From positions 50,468,001 to 50,532,000 of the forward strand of contig OZ024747.1 of assembly GCA_964016885.1 (NCBI GenBank): 64,000 bases of DNA, written 5' to 3'. Source of the stretch: Eledone cirrhosa. Taxonomy: Eukaryota. Numbering within the stretch: the stretch's first letter is position 1; every line of letters begins with the position of its first letter. The position numbers were made by a program, and so were the translations under genes. A model generated the notes under the pieces. The model saw only the letters and a list, made by a program, of their open reading frames with translations. It did no database searches and was not told where the DNA came from. Below, piece by piece: positions 1-16,241 of this stretch.

Positions 1-960
<960 letters not shown>

Positions 961-1289
961 ACACTTCTAAGGCTGTTCCAATCAAATCTGCGTGACAATT
1001 TTTCTCATGTCACATCTATCTTCTTTAAGCTCTCTCTCTCTTTCTCTCTCTCCCCTCTCTCCCTCCTTCTCTTTCTCCCATTTCTCTCTCATGTTTCTTC
1101 CTTTCCTTCTCTCTCTCTCTCTCTCTTTCTTTCTCTCTCTCTCTTCCTTTCTGTCTTTCTTTCTCTCTCCCCCTCTTTCTCTCTCACTTGTACACTCTAT
1201 CTATATTCATCTTGATTTCCTTCCCTCGTATGTATGTATTTATCGATCGAGAGACACCCCACCCCCACCCTCGCCCATCCCCACGAAGT

Positions 1290-2095
1290 CACCACCACCA
1301 CCACCACGACGACCAACACCACCACTCTACCCATTGTCACCTCTTCAGCCACTGTCCACCGCCGCCACTACCACTGTCACCCCTCCCCCCTCTATCACTG
1401 TCACCATTGTCACCACTGTCACCACCACCACCACTGTCACCACCACCACCACTGTCACCACCACCACCACCACTGTCACCACCACTACCACTATCACCAC
1501 CGCCACTACCGCCACCACCACTCCCGTTGCCACCACCACCACCACTGTCACCACCACTGTCACCACCACCACCACCACTGTCACCACCACCACTGTCGCC
1601 ACCACCACCACCACTGTCACCAACACCACCACCACCACTGTCACCACCACCACCACCACCACTGTCACCACCACCACTGTCACCACCACCACTGTCACCA
1701 CCACCACCACCACCACTGTCACCACCACCACTGTCACCAACACCACCACTACTGTCACCACCACCATTATCACCACCACCACCACCACCACTGTCACCAC
1801 CACCACTACCACTCTCACCATCACCACCACTACTGTCACCACCACCACTACCACTGTCACCACCACCACCACCATCGTCACCACCATCACCACCACCCCA
1901 CTCTCACCATCAACACCATCATCATCATCATCATCAACATCATCATCATCATCACCATGATCATGATCATCATCAACATCACCATCATCATCACTATCAT
2001 CCTGATCCGCATCATCATCACCACCATCATCACTATCACCGAGATCATCATCATCAACATCATCATCATCATCGTCATTATTATCGCCATCATTA
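1290..2095. repeat. (CAC)n/(CACCACTGT)n then (CAT)n low-complexity tract
   Basis: Triplet runs giving poly-T/P/H ORFs in all frames. Confidence 0.9.
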
Positions 2096-2096
2096 C

Positions 2097-2485
2097 ATAA
2101 TTGTTTCTATTTTTAGGCACAAGGCCAGCAATAAGCCAGTACATTACTGGTACTTTATTTTATCGACCCCGTAAGGATGAAAGGCAAAGTTAACCTCGGC
2201 GTGATTTGAATTCAGATCCTAAAGGGACGTAACTCTATGCTTCAAAGCATGGTGTCCGACTCTCTACTGATACTGCCAATTCATCGCCATCATTACATAA
2301 TTGTTTCTACTTTAGGCACAAGGCCAGCAATTACCCAGTGCATTACTGGTACTTTATTTTATCGACCCCGTAAGGATGAAAGGCAAAGTCAACCTCGGCG
2401 GGATTTGAACTCAGATCGTAAAGGGACGTAACTATGCTGGAAAGCATGGCGTCCGACCCTCTACCGATACTGCCAATCTACCGCC
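2097..2485 (-). mobile_element. Two tandem copies (~200 bp) of a tRNA-derived SINE (family F)
   Basis: Minus strand has an A-box-like tggcagtatcggtag, a B-box gagttcaaatcc and the core cgaggttgactttgcctttcatccttacggggtcgataaaataaagtacc; it recurs many times in the window. Confidence 0.8.
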
Positions 2486-2782
2486 ATTACATAATGATCA
2501 TTGGTATAATCGTTACAGCGTCTGTCAGAAAACCTTGTGGCATTCCGTTACGGCCGCTTAGTTTCTGAGTTCAAATCTCACAAAGGCTAAATTCCCCTTT
2601 TCTCTTCCTAGGTCCCTTAGAATAAAATAAAGCCTCAGTCAAGTATTGGGGCTAATGTAATGAGCTTTCCACTCCTCTAAAGAGTTGAGGTTCTGGTGTT
2701 TAAATTAGAAATAAACGACGGTGTATTGATAGAACCGTAAATCCTGGGACAATATGTTTCACAGCATAGTTCTTGTTATATT

Positions 2783-3328
2783 TGGGGAAGAGGGTCATGT
2801 CGTCCTAATGAGGAGGAGAGTCATGTTGTCCTAATGGGAAGGAGGGTCATGGTGTCCTAATGGGAAGGAGGGTCATGCTGTCACAATGGCAAGGAGGGTC
2901 ATGTTGTCCTAATGGGAAGGAGGGTCATGTTGTCCTAATGGGAAGGAGGCGGATGCTGTCCTAATGGGGAGGAGGGTCATGTTTTCCTAATGGGGAGGAG
3001 GGTCATGTCATCCTAATGGGAGGGAGGGTCATGTTGTCCTAATGGAAAGGAGGATCATGTTGTCCTAATGGGAAGGAGGGTCATGTTTTCCTAATGGGAG
3101 GAAGGGTCATGCTGTCCTAATGGGAGGGAGGGTCATGTTGTCCTAATGGGAAGGAGGGTCATGTTGTCCTAATGGGAAGGAGGCGGATGCTGTCCTAATG
3201 GGGAGGAGGGTCATGTTGTCCTAATGGGGAGGAGGGTCATGTCATCCTAATGGGAAGGAGGGTCATGTTGTCCTAATGGAAAGGAGGGTCATGTTGTCCT
3301 AATGGGAAGGAGGGTTATGTTGTCCTAA
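2783..3328 (+). repeat. 26-bp G-rich minisatellite (gggaaggagggtcatgttgtcctaat) x ~21, expanded inside a PLE terminal repeat
   Basis: Unit directly visible; it matches the gggagggtcatgttgccaat motif of PLE family A (62168, 36568, 37758). Confidence 0.9.
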
Positions 3329-3459
3329 TATTGCCAAAAATAGTAAAACACACTCAGTTTGGTTTTTGTTTTCGCTTCAGTATATTTTTTATAAATAATC
3401 TAGCTGGCAATCAATGTTTATCATTGATTGAACAACAGTTAAAAATTTAAATATAATTT

Positions 3460-3503
3460 ATCAAAGTTCTTTCGTCACACATTTCTGTGACAACTTCAGT
3501 GAT
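3460..3503 (-). ncRNA. Degenerate type I hammerhead ribozyme (family A)
   Basis: RC: atca CTGAAGT tgtcacagaaatgtgtgac GAAA gaac TT tgat; stem I atca/tgat covaries with gtca/tgac in other copies; A9 is mutated. Confidence 0.55.
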
Positions 3504-4002
3504 TATCGCTGTGTTTCATCCCGTTGTGTTTCTATAATCTTCGTGTGTGTGGGGGTGGGGGGTGGGGGTGGGGGTCTTTGTTTCTGCATGTGGTCGTGTG
3601 CATGTATTCTGTTTGGTGTATGTTCGTGTGTTCGTGTTTGAATCTGTGTATAGTTATGTTTATATTTTGTCTTTGGTCATTAGTGCGTGTTTATGTATGG
3701 CTGTTGCTATTCCACTTTTGTTTTCTGTTCAGCCTAGGTTATAGCTCATTATGATATGAGTTCGAATCCCACAGAGGTCAACTTTACCTTTCATCCTTCA
3801 GAAGTTAATATTAACAGTCCACCCCTGGGGGGTCAATGTAATCAACTTTCCCCAACTTCAAGATTGTTGTCCTTCTGCTTAAATTAGAAATGCTTATTAA
3901 TGTTGTTGTTGGTGCTGTTGCTGCCGTTATAATAATTACAGTTTTTGTTTAGTTTTTCGTGTTTGTGACACTATTATAATGGTTACTATTACTCGTTGTG
4001 AC

Positions 4003-4351
4003 GGCGCATGACTTAGTGGTTAGAGCGTCGGGTTTACAGTCACGAGGTTGTGAGTTCCTTTTTCGGACCCGTCTTTGTGTTGTGTTGTGTTCTTGAGCAA
4101 GACACTTTATTTTACGTTGTTCCAGTTTACACAGCTGTAGAAATGAGTTGTGACGTCATAGGTGCAAAGTTGTATCGGTCTTTGCCTTTCCCTTGAACAA
4201 CATCGGTGGCGTGGAGAGGTGAGGATGGTATACATGGGTGACTGCTGGTCTTCCACAAACAATCTTGCCCGGATTTGTGCCTCAGAAGGTAATTCTCTTC
4301 GCGCAAATCCCATGGACATTCGTGACCGAAGGGGTCTTTACTCTTTACCCT
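4003..4351 (+). mobile_element. tRNA-derived SINE (family G), near full length
   Basis: tRNA-like head ggcgcatgacttagtggttagagcgtcgg...gtgagttcc, gtgttcttgagcaagacactt domain and tail ctttactctttaccct; partial copy at 7424-7570. Confidence 0.8.
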
Positions 4352-4750
4352 AGTCGTTGTAGTATTAATGGTGTTGAAGTTTGATGTAGTAGTAGCTGTA
4401 GTGTCAATGTTGATGAAAATTGATGTTGTAGCACTGATTATATAATCACAGCCACCACATATTTATATATTGTTTTCGTCGTCCATTTCACTGTCTACGC
4501 CATCTTGATTTACTCATTCATTTCTTACAATTTTCTCTTTTTTGATAATATCACACAAAGTCCCTAACAACAGCAACCAAACATCTCTCTCTCTCTCTAT
4601 CTCACTCTTGCTCTCTCTCCCTCTCTCACTCTCACTCTCTCTCTCTCTCTCTTGCTCTCTCTCCCACTCTCTCTGTCTGCCAGACAACAAGTTCTTTACG
4701 GCCGCCATCTTCCTTCATTTCTCTTTCTCTCTCACACTCTCTCTCACTGT

Positions 4751-4792
<42 letters not shown>

Positions 4793-5187
4793 AGTTTGAA
4801 TTATTTTCCCCACATCTTACGTTAACTATTTTCCCATTTTGACGCTATAGTCACTTATATATTATGGAATACTGTTGGCTTCTTGCTACAATACTTTCTA
4901 TACCTTTCATTTATATATATATATATATATTTCCTTGTATATATGTATGGATGAATGCATTTCTTCCCTCCATTCTTTATCCACCCCTCTCTTATATCTA
5001 TCTCTTACATACAGACACATCTCACATCCAAATACATTCTCTCTAGCTGCTGCCACCCCTCTCTCTCCTTTTCTTCTTTTCTTTCATTCAATCATTTTTC
5101 TCGCCTTGCATTCTGACGTCTTTTAATCTAATTTCTACGTTTGTTTCGTCAAATCAACTGCTTCACTTAACAGAGATAAGGTCATTA

Positions 5188-5298
<111 letters not shown>

Positions 5299-5480
5299 AG
5301 GGTTGTTCTATCCACGGGGTGTAAAACAATAGCGTTACACCCCCCTTAATGGGGATTTTAATTGTTTTATTTTTATATAGTTTATTGTTATTTATCATTG
5401 TTAAAGATTTTATGTAAAATCCCCGCCGTCACGTCTTGTAATGTCCCATTTGTGTACGCCCCTGTGGCAAATAAAGATAT
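5299..5480 (+). mobile_element. 3'-end-only fragment of the Tx1-like LINE, inside (ATCT)n
   Basis: Matches 7184-7378 (ccccgccgtcacgt...gtacgcccctgtggcaaataaaga). Confidence 0.8.
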
Positions 5481-5585
5481 CTATCTATCTATCTATTTGT
5501 CGGTCTCTCTGTCTGTCAGTCTGTCTATCTCTCTCTCACTCACTCTCTCTCTCTCTATTTCTCTCTCTTCCTCTTTCTCTCTCTT

Positions 5586-5719
<134 letters not shown>

Positions 5720-5769
5720 ATATATACATCTGTCTGTCTATCTATCTATGTATCTATTTATCAATATGC

Positions 5770-7378
5770 ACCGTAATGGTGTCGAAAACATCGGAAATCG
5801 GGGTAATCGGCAACCTATAACAGGAATACGAAACGTTGACAGGAGCAAGTCTAAACCCAAACAAGTCTGTCGGTTTGCAGCTCGGCACATGGAGAGGCAA
5901 ACCCATGCCTTCCGACAGTGTTGTTGGACGCTGGACAGAAGGACCAGTGAAATTGCTCGGGGTCTGGTTTGGTCCAGACCTCCATGTAGACAAGAACTTG
6001 AAACTGGTCACGGCGAAGGTGTTTGCACTCCCCCAGAAGTGGGCTAGATGCAAACTCTCCTTGAAAGGTCGAGCGGAGGTGGCGAACACTTACATAGCGT
6101 CCGTCATCTACTACCGCTTGACAGTCGTACCTTGTCCCCGCGAATACCTCACCAAAATGGAACGCCTACTCTTCAGGTTCCTCTGGAAGAAACAGGCTCC
6201 ATTGGTGAAGAGATCCATCTCCTGTCAATACCCTTCTAACGGAGGGCTGGGCAAGCCGTGGCTGATGATGCGCAAACACGCGCTGAGGCTACTCCATCTC
6301 CAGGTATTCCGGACCGGTGAACCGGTGTGGCTGTCGATTGTGAGACAAGCTCTTCTACAACTCGACTCATTAACAGAGCTGCAGTCGGGGGTCAAGCGAA
6401 GACCGAAAATGGCACCTCGAGTGCCTTCAGGCGCTCACAGCCCTCTACCAAACGGAAAATGCAATCAGCGGAGATTCCACTTCGACATTCTATAGGGGAT
6501 TAGTGGAGGATAAGTGCAACGACGTTCTCGGGGAAACTCTAGGCATCGAGGAGGACGAACTGACCAGTCTGTGTGGGAGGACTTTCCGTCCAGGGCCTAT
6601 CGATAACTTCCAGAGGTCTCTGTCCTGGCAGTGCTACCGAGGAGCTCTACCAGTTCGAGACAAAATCTACAGGCACAGACGCCCTGGCAGGGATCCTGCC
6701 AAAAGGACCTGTTCATGATGCGAGCAGGACATCGAAATCGTTCTGCACGAAATTGTTCAGTGCCCAGGGGTGACCGACCTGTGGAATTATGTCGAACAGC
6801 TACTGTCACGTGTGGGACCCATCCAGTTGTCAGCCGAGTCCATCCTGAGGATCACTCCGCCGCCTTCATTTAAGAATGAAGGAGAGACGGTTTTCCTATG
6901 TCTGGTGGCTATAGCGAAAGAGCTAATATGGTGGACGAGGTTAAAAAGACTGAGGGCAAACACCTTTCTCTCCGGTACAACTTATCCCCTTCTTTAAGTA
7001 CCACTTCAGAAGGAAGATGAGAGTGGAGAGAGAGGTGCTACACCCCAGTAAATTCGCTGAAAGGTGGGTGAATGTGGCGAAAATGCCCCGAGTGAATGGG
7101 CCTTCTCTGTATATAAACTTGTAGGTTGAGGAAGATAAACAGAGGGAAGACAGGAACACCTACAAAACGTGTTCCTGGTGTTGAGGGTTGTTCTATCCAT
7201 GAGGTGTAAAACAACCCTGCAGTAACGTTCCCCATATCTGGGATTTCAATTGTTATTTTATTATATATAATTTATTGTTATTTATTAATGTTAAAGTTAT
7301 ATGATTTTTATGTAAAACCCCCGCCGTCACGTTTTGTAATGTTCCATTTTTGTACGCCCCTGTGGCAAATAAAGAAAT
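5770..7378 (+). mobile_element. 5'-truncated Tx1/L1-clade LINE: decayed ORF2 C-terminal part plus 3' UTR
   Basis: Peptide YETLTGASLNPNKS...VKLLGVWF...KWARCKLSLKGRAEVAN...GGLG; Cys remnant TCS*C near 6710; frameshifts and stops. Confidence 0.85.
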
Positions 7379-7583
7379 ATATCTATTTATCAATATATCT
7401 ACACACATACACACACTCACAAACGTCGGGCTTACAATCGTGAGGTTGTAAGTTCGATTATCGGACCGGGCTTTGCGTTGTGTTCTTGAGCAAGACATTT
7501 CATTTCACGTTGTTCCAGTTCACTCAGCTGTAGAAATGAATTGCGATGCCACTGGTGCCAAGCTGTTGCGTGTAGGACGGATC

Positions 7584-8377
7584 CGTTCTCTTTATTTACG
7601 TGTCCCAACGACTTTTTTTAGCCGTTGTTCGCACCAACCTGAGGTATGTGGCCCTTGAAGCGATGAAATGCCTAGGACGGTTGGAGGGTCACTGATGAAG
7701 GACTTACTTTTTCATATGTAACCCATTTGCAACGCCGCAGCTCCATTATTATCATATTTACACATATTTTTTCCTCTGCTGCCACCCGTCTGTTTCGTTC
7801 TTTGTATCTTTACCCTTTCTAGCAGTCCCTTTCTCTGTTAGCCTCTTCCTCAACTTTCACTCACTCCTTCTCTGTCACTACATCTCCTTCTCCTCCTCTT
7901 TCTTCCCGTTTGACCTGTCCGATTTTTTTTCTCGCGCGCTCTTGGCCAAGCCGGTATGAATTTTTTTTCTCTCTCTCTCTCTCGTCTGCGACTTCACAGA
8001 ACTTATGTTTACCGAATTCGCAGACCAGACCCCTTCTTCTTCCCCCCGTTAGACCTGTGCGAAATTCCTTCCTTGCTTACATTTCAACCAGGTTTGATGG
8101 TCTTTATTCTCTCGTTCACGATTTTATCGAGTTTATATTCATAGAAATCTGGGACTTGTCTCTTTCTTCTCACTTTCTGTTGCTTAAACCATTTTGTTTG
8201 TTCACCCTAACGTTCTCTTTATTTACGTGTCCCAACGACTTTTTTTAGCCGTTGTTCGCACCAACCTGAGGTATATGGCCCTTAAAGCGATGAAATGCCT
8301 AGGACGGTTGGAGGGTCACTGATGAAGGACTTACTTTTTCATATGTAACCCATTTGCAACGCCGCAGCTCCATTATT

Positions 8378-8380
<3 letters not shown>
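7584..8380 (+). mobile_element. Non-coding PLE-like element (family C), partial tandem with a 627-bp period
   Basis: 7585-7757 is repeated at 8212-8380 and ends in (TA)n; second copy at 15579-16094; related tail at 38992-39095. Confidence 0.65.
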
Positions 8381-8428
<48 letters not shown>

Positions 8429-8439
8429 ATATATATATT

Positions 8440-8542
<103 letters not shown>

Positions 8543-8999
8543 GTGTGTGTGTGTAAAAGACATAATTACGATGTAGAACTCGCACCTGACATTGTTTTCT
8601 CCTCTTAATAATATATATTTTGAAAATAGAATAGAATTATTGTCATTTTCGATTTCGGAAAATACCGAAATGTTCCCTGAATGCGTATTTTATTTAGTTT
8701 ATAGTAGGCATCTTGTACATATAAAGAGTTTCAATAAATATACACATTTTCAAGGATTCTGTGATAAATAAACGTAGTCACTGAAGCACGCACACAAATA
8801 TATATTTATAATTATGCGTAACAGTGACATACAAACACACACACAAACACACACACACACACACACACAAACACACACAAACACACACACACACACACAC
8901 ACATACACACACATATATATATATATATATATGCATATATTTTGTACACTTGGATATATGATTAAACATACATAAACACAACAATATTTATATATACAT

Positions 9000-9296
9000 A
9001 TAATTGTTTCTACTTTTGGCACAAGGCCAGCAATTATTCAGTGTATTACTGGTACTTTATTTTATCGACCCCATAAGGATGAAAGGCAAAGTTAACCTCG
9101 GCGCGATTTTATACATATATTTGTGTCTACTTTTCGCACAAGGCCAGCAATTTCACCAGTGTATTACTGGTACTTTATTTTATCGAGCCCATAAGGATGA
9201 AAGGCAAAGTTAACTTCAGAGGGATTTGAACTCAGATCATAAAGGGACGTAACTATGCTGGAAAGCATGTCCGACCCTCTACCGATACTGACAATT
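9000..9296 (-). mobile_element. SINE family F, two tandem partial copies
   Basis: Same core as 2097-2485. Confidence 0.8.
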
Positions 9297-9590
9297 TATA
9301 CATATTTTTTATATATACAGTTATTACTACACAACCTCAGATTTTCACACGCAGACATACACTCATTTCATAGATTTACAAATACACATAAATGTTAACG
9401 TATACCCCACACATTCGAGATATAGACACACGTATGCGTTCTATTCGATTGCATGAGACAGACAGACAGACAACAAGGAAATGTGTTTCTGTTCTTTATC
9501 ATTGCGCATACGTAACCGGAAACCAGGCAGAAAGTGTTATTAATATGTAGATATAAATATATGCACACACACACATACGCACACACACAG

Positions 9591-9646
<56 letters not shown>

Positions 9647-9666
9647 ATCCGTATACACAGACACAT

Positions 9667-9777
<111 letters not shown>

Positions 9778-9913
9778 AACACACACACACACACACACAC
9801 ACATATATGTAGGGAGTGAGTGACACTGATACAAATATATATCACTCAACTTGTAAATATGTATGTATGTATATATGTACGTATTAATATATATATGTGT
9901 GTATGTGTATGTA

Positions 9914-9961
<48 letters not shown>

Positions 9962-10137
9962 ATATGTGTAGGTGTGTGTGTTATAGACAGAAAGACAGAA
10001 GGAGTGACACACAGTAACGTGTACCTTATCAAATGCACACATCCCATTGGACTGTTTCCGCTCAACCTGTGTTCAGTGCTTTATCATCTCATCCACAATG
10101 ACACGATCTTACCTCCTTCATTTATTTATTTATAATA

Positions 10138-10138
10138 C

Positions 10139-10184
<46 letters not shown>

Positions 10185-10475
10185 CTACATCATCATCGTC
10201 ATCATCATCGTCATCATCATCATCATCATTGTCATCATCATCAAAATCATCAATAATGTTATCGCCGTCGACATCATCATCATCATCAACATCATCGTCA
10301 TCATCACCATCATCATCATCATCATCTTCAACGTCATCATCATCATCATCATCATCATCATTATCATCATCAAAATCATCATCAACAGCATCATCATCAT
10401 CGTCATTATCATCGTCATCATCACCATCATCGTCATCATCATCAACATAATCATCATCATCATTATCAGCATCAG

Positions 10476-10524
<49 letters not shown>

Positions 10525-10826
10525 GTCATCATCGTCATCATCGTCATCATCATCATTATCATTATCATCATCATCAAAATCATCAATAATATTATCGCCG
10601 TCGTCATCATCATCATCATCGTCATCATCGTCATCATCGTCATCATCGTCATCATCGTCATCATCATCATCACCATCATCACCATCATCATCATCATCAT
10701 CAACAACGTCATCATCATCATCATCATCATCATTATCATCATCATCAAAATCATCATCATCAACAGCATCATCATCATCATCATCGTCACCATCATCATC
10801 ATCGTCATTATCATCGTCATCATCAC

Positions 10827-10860
<34 letters not shown>

Positions 10861-10880
10861 GTCATCATCATCAGCATCAT
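10138..10880. repeat. (AAT)n + (CAT)n microsatellite
   Basis: Direct. Confidence 0.95.
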
Positions 10881-11140
10881 TTTTTCATTACCACGACCCT
10901 CTCATCTAATGATGAGGATAAGGGTGTGATGACAACGACGATGATGATGGTGATGGTAATGTCGTTGGTGATGATAATGATGATATCGTCATGGTGATGT
11001 CGGTGGTGATGACAATGATGATATTGTCATGGTGATTTTCATCATCATCATCATCATCACGAGCGTAAATCCTTAATTATTATTCGTATTATTTTTTTTC
11101 CATGTACTGGTTTCTCGTATACTTTTTATTCGAATGTAAG

Positions 11141-11369
<229 letters not shown>

Positions 11370-11376
11370 GATATAG

Positions 11377-11555
<179 letters not shown>

Positions 11556-11624
11556 TATATGTATGTGTGTATGTATGTGTGTATGTGTGTGTGTGTGCAC
11601 CCCCAAAACAAATATATATATATA

Positions 11625-11656
<32 letters not shown>

Positions 11657-11887
11657 ATTTGTTTTGGGGGTGCATACACACATATAAATGTATATATATA
11701 TATATATTAATAAATATTTCGTAGTAATAATGATAATAATAACGACAACAACAACACCATTATATACATCTATTTTGGCTTGCAATCTTTGTGACCTTTT
11801 CAACCCCAAGATGGAGTTAAGATGATCGAACCTCTTCTTCGTATTCATCACAACCATTACTTTTGACAATTCACTTCCTGTACATTA

Positions 11888-11988
<101 letters not shown>

Positions 11989-11990
11989 TA

Positions 11991-12073
<83 letters not shown>

Positions 12074-12103
12074 ATATATATATATACAAACATATATACA
12101 AAC

Positions 12104-12137
<34 letters not shown>

Positions 12138-12138
12138 A

Positions 12139-12353
<215 letters not shown>

Positions 12354-12370
12354 TACATATATATATATAT

Positions 12371-12421
<51 letters not shown>

Positions 12422-12483
12422 ATACATTAACAGAGAAAGCTTTTAGCGATATTCCGGATATATATATATACACACACACACAT

Positions 12484-12569
<86 letters not shown>

Positions 12570-12726
12570 TTGTGTGTGTGAGTATGTGTGTCTGGTGTGT
12601 ATATGTGTGTGTGTATATTCGTATACACACACAAACATATGCATGTATGTATGTATGAATGCATGTTTGTATGTATGTATCTGTGTAGGTATGCATATAT
12701 ATATATGTCTGTGTGTATTTTTGTTC

Positions 12727-12796
<70 letters not shown>

Positions 12797-13238
12797 GTGT
12801 GGGTGTGCGTGCGTGTGTGTGTGTGTTTGTGAATGTATATGTATGTATATTTGTTTATTAGGGTTCTACAAGTGATATCTTACCCAACTGAACTGCATGA
12901 CTCAGACCACCCTCCCCCCCACCCTAGCACCTCCCTCTGCATCCACCAATAGCCCGCCCCCCCCTCTCTCTTTAGCAAACCAATTCATATAAATACTAAT
13001 CGAAGTTCATGACTTCCTATCATGTAGTCCCCATTAGCCATCGATGACACACTCAGATATTATAAGCAGACAAATTAACACAGGTAGATTTTACATGTGA
13101 ACGTGGCCGTTAGATTGGTGTTGATCTTGTTGTTGTTGTTGTCGATGATGGACTTACTCTTACTGTTATTATAGTTGTTGTTGTTCTTGTTGCTGAAAGG
13201 TCTTGTTGTTACTGCAGTTGTTTTTGTGGCTGATGGTC

Positions 13239-13239
<1 letters not shown>

Positions 13240-13325
<86 letters not shown>

Positions 13326-13375
13326 TAGTGGTAGTTGTAGTAGTAGTAGTAGTAGTAGCAGCAGCAGTAGTAGTC

Positions 13376-13415
<40 letters not shown>

Positions 13416-13434
13416 AGTAGTAGCAGTAGTAGTG

Positions 13435-13468
<34 letters not shown>

Positions 13469-13591
13469 CAGCAGCAGCAGCAGCACTAGTCGTAGTAGTA
13501 GTAGTAGTTGTAGTAGTAGTAGTAGTAGTAGAGTAGTAGTGGTAGTAGTGGTAGTTGTAGTAGTAGTAGTAGCAGTAGTAGTAGTAGTAGT

Positions 13592-13657
<66 letters not shown>

Positions 13658-13670
13658 TGTTGTTGTTGTT
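13240..13670. repeat. (TAG)n/(CAG)n microsatellite
   Basis: Direct. Confidence 0.95.
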
Positions 13671-13872
13671 GTTGGTGTCAATGTTATTGATGCTATTGCT
13701 GCTGTTGTTATCGTTCATTCCGATGCCGTTGTTAATGTTGCTGTTGATGATGTTTTTATTGGTGTTGTTTTTGTTGTTGTTGTGGCGGATGTTGTTATTA
13801 TTGTTGATGTTGTTACTGTTGAAGAAGAACGCGAAGAGAAAGGGGAAAGTAGGAGAAGAGGAGGAATATATA

Positions 13873-14145
13873 ATAATTGTTTCTACTTTTGCCACAAGGC
13901 CAGCAATTCACCAGTGTATTACTGGTACTTTATTTTATCGACCCCGTAAGGATGAAAGGCAAAGTTAACCTCGACGGGATTTCAACTCAGACCGTAAAAG
14001 GACGTTAATAATAATGGCTAATCATTTTTGGAGGTGGGGGGAGTCGATTAAATTGACCCCAGTGCATTACTGGTGCTTTATTTTAACGACCCCGTAAGGA
14101 TGCAAAACAAATCTCACCTCGGCGGGAATTGAACAGAGAACGTAA
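13873..14145 (-). mobile_element. SINE family F and a related SINE fragment
   Basis: Core actggtactttattttatcgaccccgtaaggatgaaaggc occurs twice, the second copy diverged. Confidence 0.75.
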
Positions 14146-14149
14146 ATAA

Positions 14150-14760
14150 TAATAAGAGCTGACAAAAAACTGTTTATATAGAAAGACACAACCGCACAAT
14201 TGCCAAACATGTGCACTAGATGCTCTGCCGCTCCGAAGACATCGAAACTTCTGACAAATGGTATGAACATCATCCAAAAACAATTATGGCAAAGGGCAAC
14301 ATGACCATCTTATGGGCTATGGCTGTGATAACCAACCGAGAAATTGCTGCCAACAGACCAGATAAAATCATTAAAACAAAAACAAAAACAGATCGGCCAT
14401 GTATCCTTACAAATATTTCCGTACCAGCTGACAACAATACAGCTGTAAAAACAATAAAAAAAACTGTCAGAACTGTACAAATATCTGGAAATAGAGTTCC
14501 ATGTGGAGGATGACCACAAACACTATCCCTGTGGTAGTAGGAGCTTTAGGAATAATACCCAAGTCCTCAGACCTGCACCTCAGCGTCATTCCCAGCAAGA
14601 TCAGTAAATATGAACTACGGAAGATCGGCTACTAAGAACAGCACACATTCTCAGACGAGTTCTCTCTCTACAATGAAAACTTCTGTTGCCCTAGGTTCAA
14701 GAATCCGGCAACAGTGAAACAGAACTGAACTAAACAGAGTAACACAATAATAATAATAAA
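14150..14760 (+). mobile_element. R4/Dong-like LINE 3' fragment (restriction-like endonuclease domain)
   Basis: Frameshifted YIERHN..AKHVH*.LC..KWYEHHP..ILW..ANRPD..ISVPAD..IPVVVGALG; ends in (TAA)n. Confidence 0.8.
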
Positions 14761-14816
14761 ATATATTTCTTTATTAGCCACATAGGTCTCACATTAAAAA
14801 CAAACAAACAATAAAA

Positions 14817-15231
14817 ACGGCACAAGACGACACGGGACGGTACATGACGGTACATGAGGATAGAGGGTAGTACAGGACAGTATAGGACGGTACATGACGA
14901 TACATGACGGCACAGAGCGGTACATAACGGTACATGACGGTACATAACGGTACATGGCGATGCATGACGGTACATGATGATAGAGGGTGGTACAGGAGAG
15001 TATAGGGCGGTACATGACGATACGGGACGGCACAGGGCGGTACATGACGATACGGGACGGCACAGGGCGGTACATGACGATACGGGACGGCACAGGGCGG
15101 TACATGACTACAACGATAGAGGGTGGTACATGACGGTACAATGCGGTACGAGACGGTAGAAGACGGTACGCGATGATACAGGACGGTAGAGGACGGTACA
15201 CGATGGTACAGGGTGGTACAAAACGGCACAG

Positions 15232-15234
<3 letters not shown>
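14817..15234 (+). repeat. 10-bp (acggtacatg) minisatellite with 30-bp higher-order units
   Basis: Repeated ggcacagggcggtacatgacgatacgggac. Confidence 0.85.
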
Positions 15235-15283
<49 letters not shown>

Positions 15284-15578
15284 TGTTTGTATGTTTGTGG
15301 AGTCATTTAGGGACAATTGTTTCGTTAAACCTCTGCTCTAGATTTCCACTCGGACAGATTCCTACTCCACGGCTTTTAGTGACGCCAAGTTGTAATAGTT
15401 TGGTCATTTTCCTTCAAATATCAAAGAATGCAAAGGAGAAGAAAGATAAAGAAATATATACGGAGTTTATAAAGTATAAGTAAGGGAGATAATTTGGTAA
15501 ATGTTTAGATAGATAAATGAAGATACATCAACAACAACAATTACCATAACGATCACTACTAGCAACAGATCAACAACA

Positions 15579-16094
15579 CTCATTCTCTGTCACTACCTCT
15601 CCTCCTCCCCTTTCTTCCCGTTTGACCTGTCCGTAATCCTTTTCTCGCGCACTCTTGGCCAAGCCGGTATGAATTTTTTTTCTCTCTCTCTCTCTCGTCT
15701 GCGACTTCACAGAACTTATGTTTACCGAATTCGCAGACCAGACCCCTTCTTCCTCCCGTTATACCTGTGCGAAATTCCTTCCTTGCTCACATTTCAACCA
15801 GGTTTGATGTTCTTTATTCTCTCGTTCACGATTCCACCGAATTTATATTCATAGAAATCTGGGACTTGTTTCTTTCTTCTTCATCACTTTCTGTTGCTTA
15901 AACCATTTTGTTTGTTTACCCTAGCGTCCCCTTTATTTACGTGTCCCAACGACTTTTTTTAGCCGTTGCTCGCACCAACCTGAGGTATATGGCCTTTAAA
16001 GCGATGAAATGCCTACGACGGTTGGAAAGCCACTGATGAAGGACAAACTTTTTCATATGTAACCCATTTGCAACGTCGCAGCTCCATTATTATC
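15579..16094 (+). mobile_element. Family C PLE-like element, second copy
   Basis: Highly similar to 7860-8380; ends in (TA)n. Confidence 0.7.
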
Positions 16095-16241
16095 ATATAT
16101 ATATATATATATATATGAAGATAAACACAGAATATTCGAAAATATTCCGTATGTTTATAATAAACATTTTGAAGACCTAATCGCTATAGAATAGAATACG
16201 TCATGTATTACAATTTGAGATTCTCGATAAAAGCAAGGGAA

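Noticed and set aside
4003-4075. tRNA gene
   Set aside because: SINE head with a degenerate B box and no acceptor stem; it continues into the SINE body
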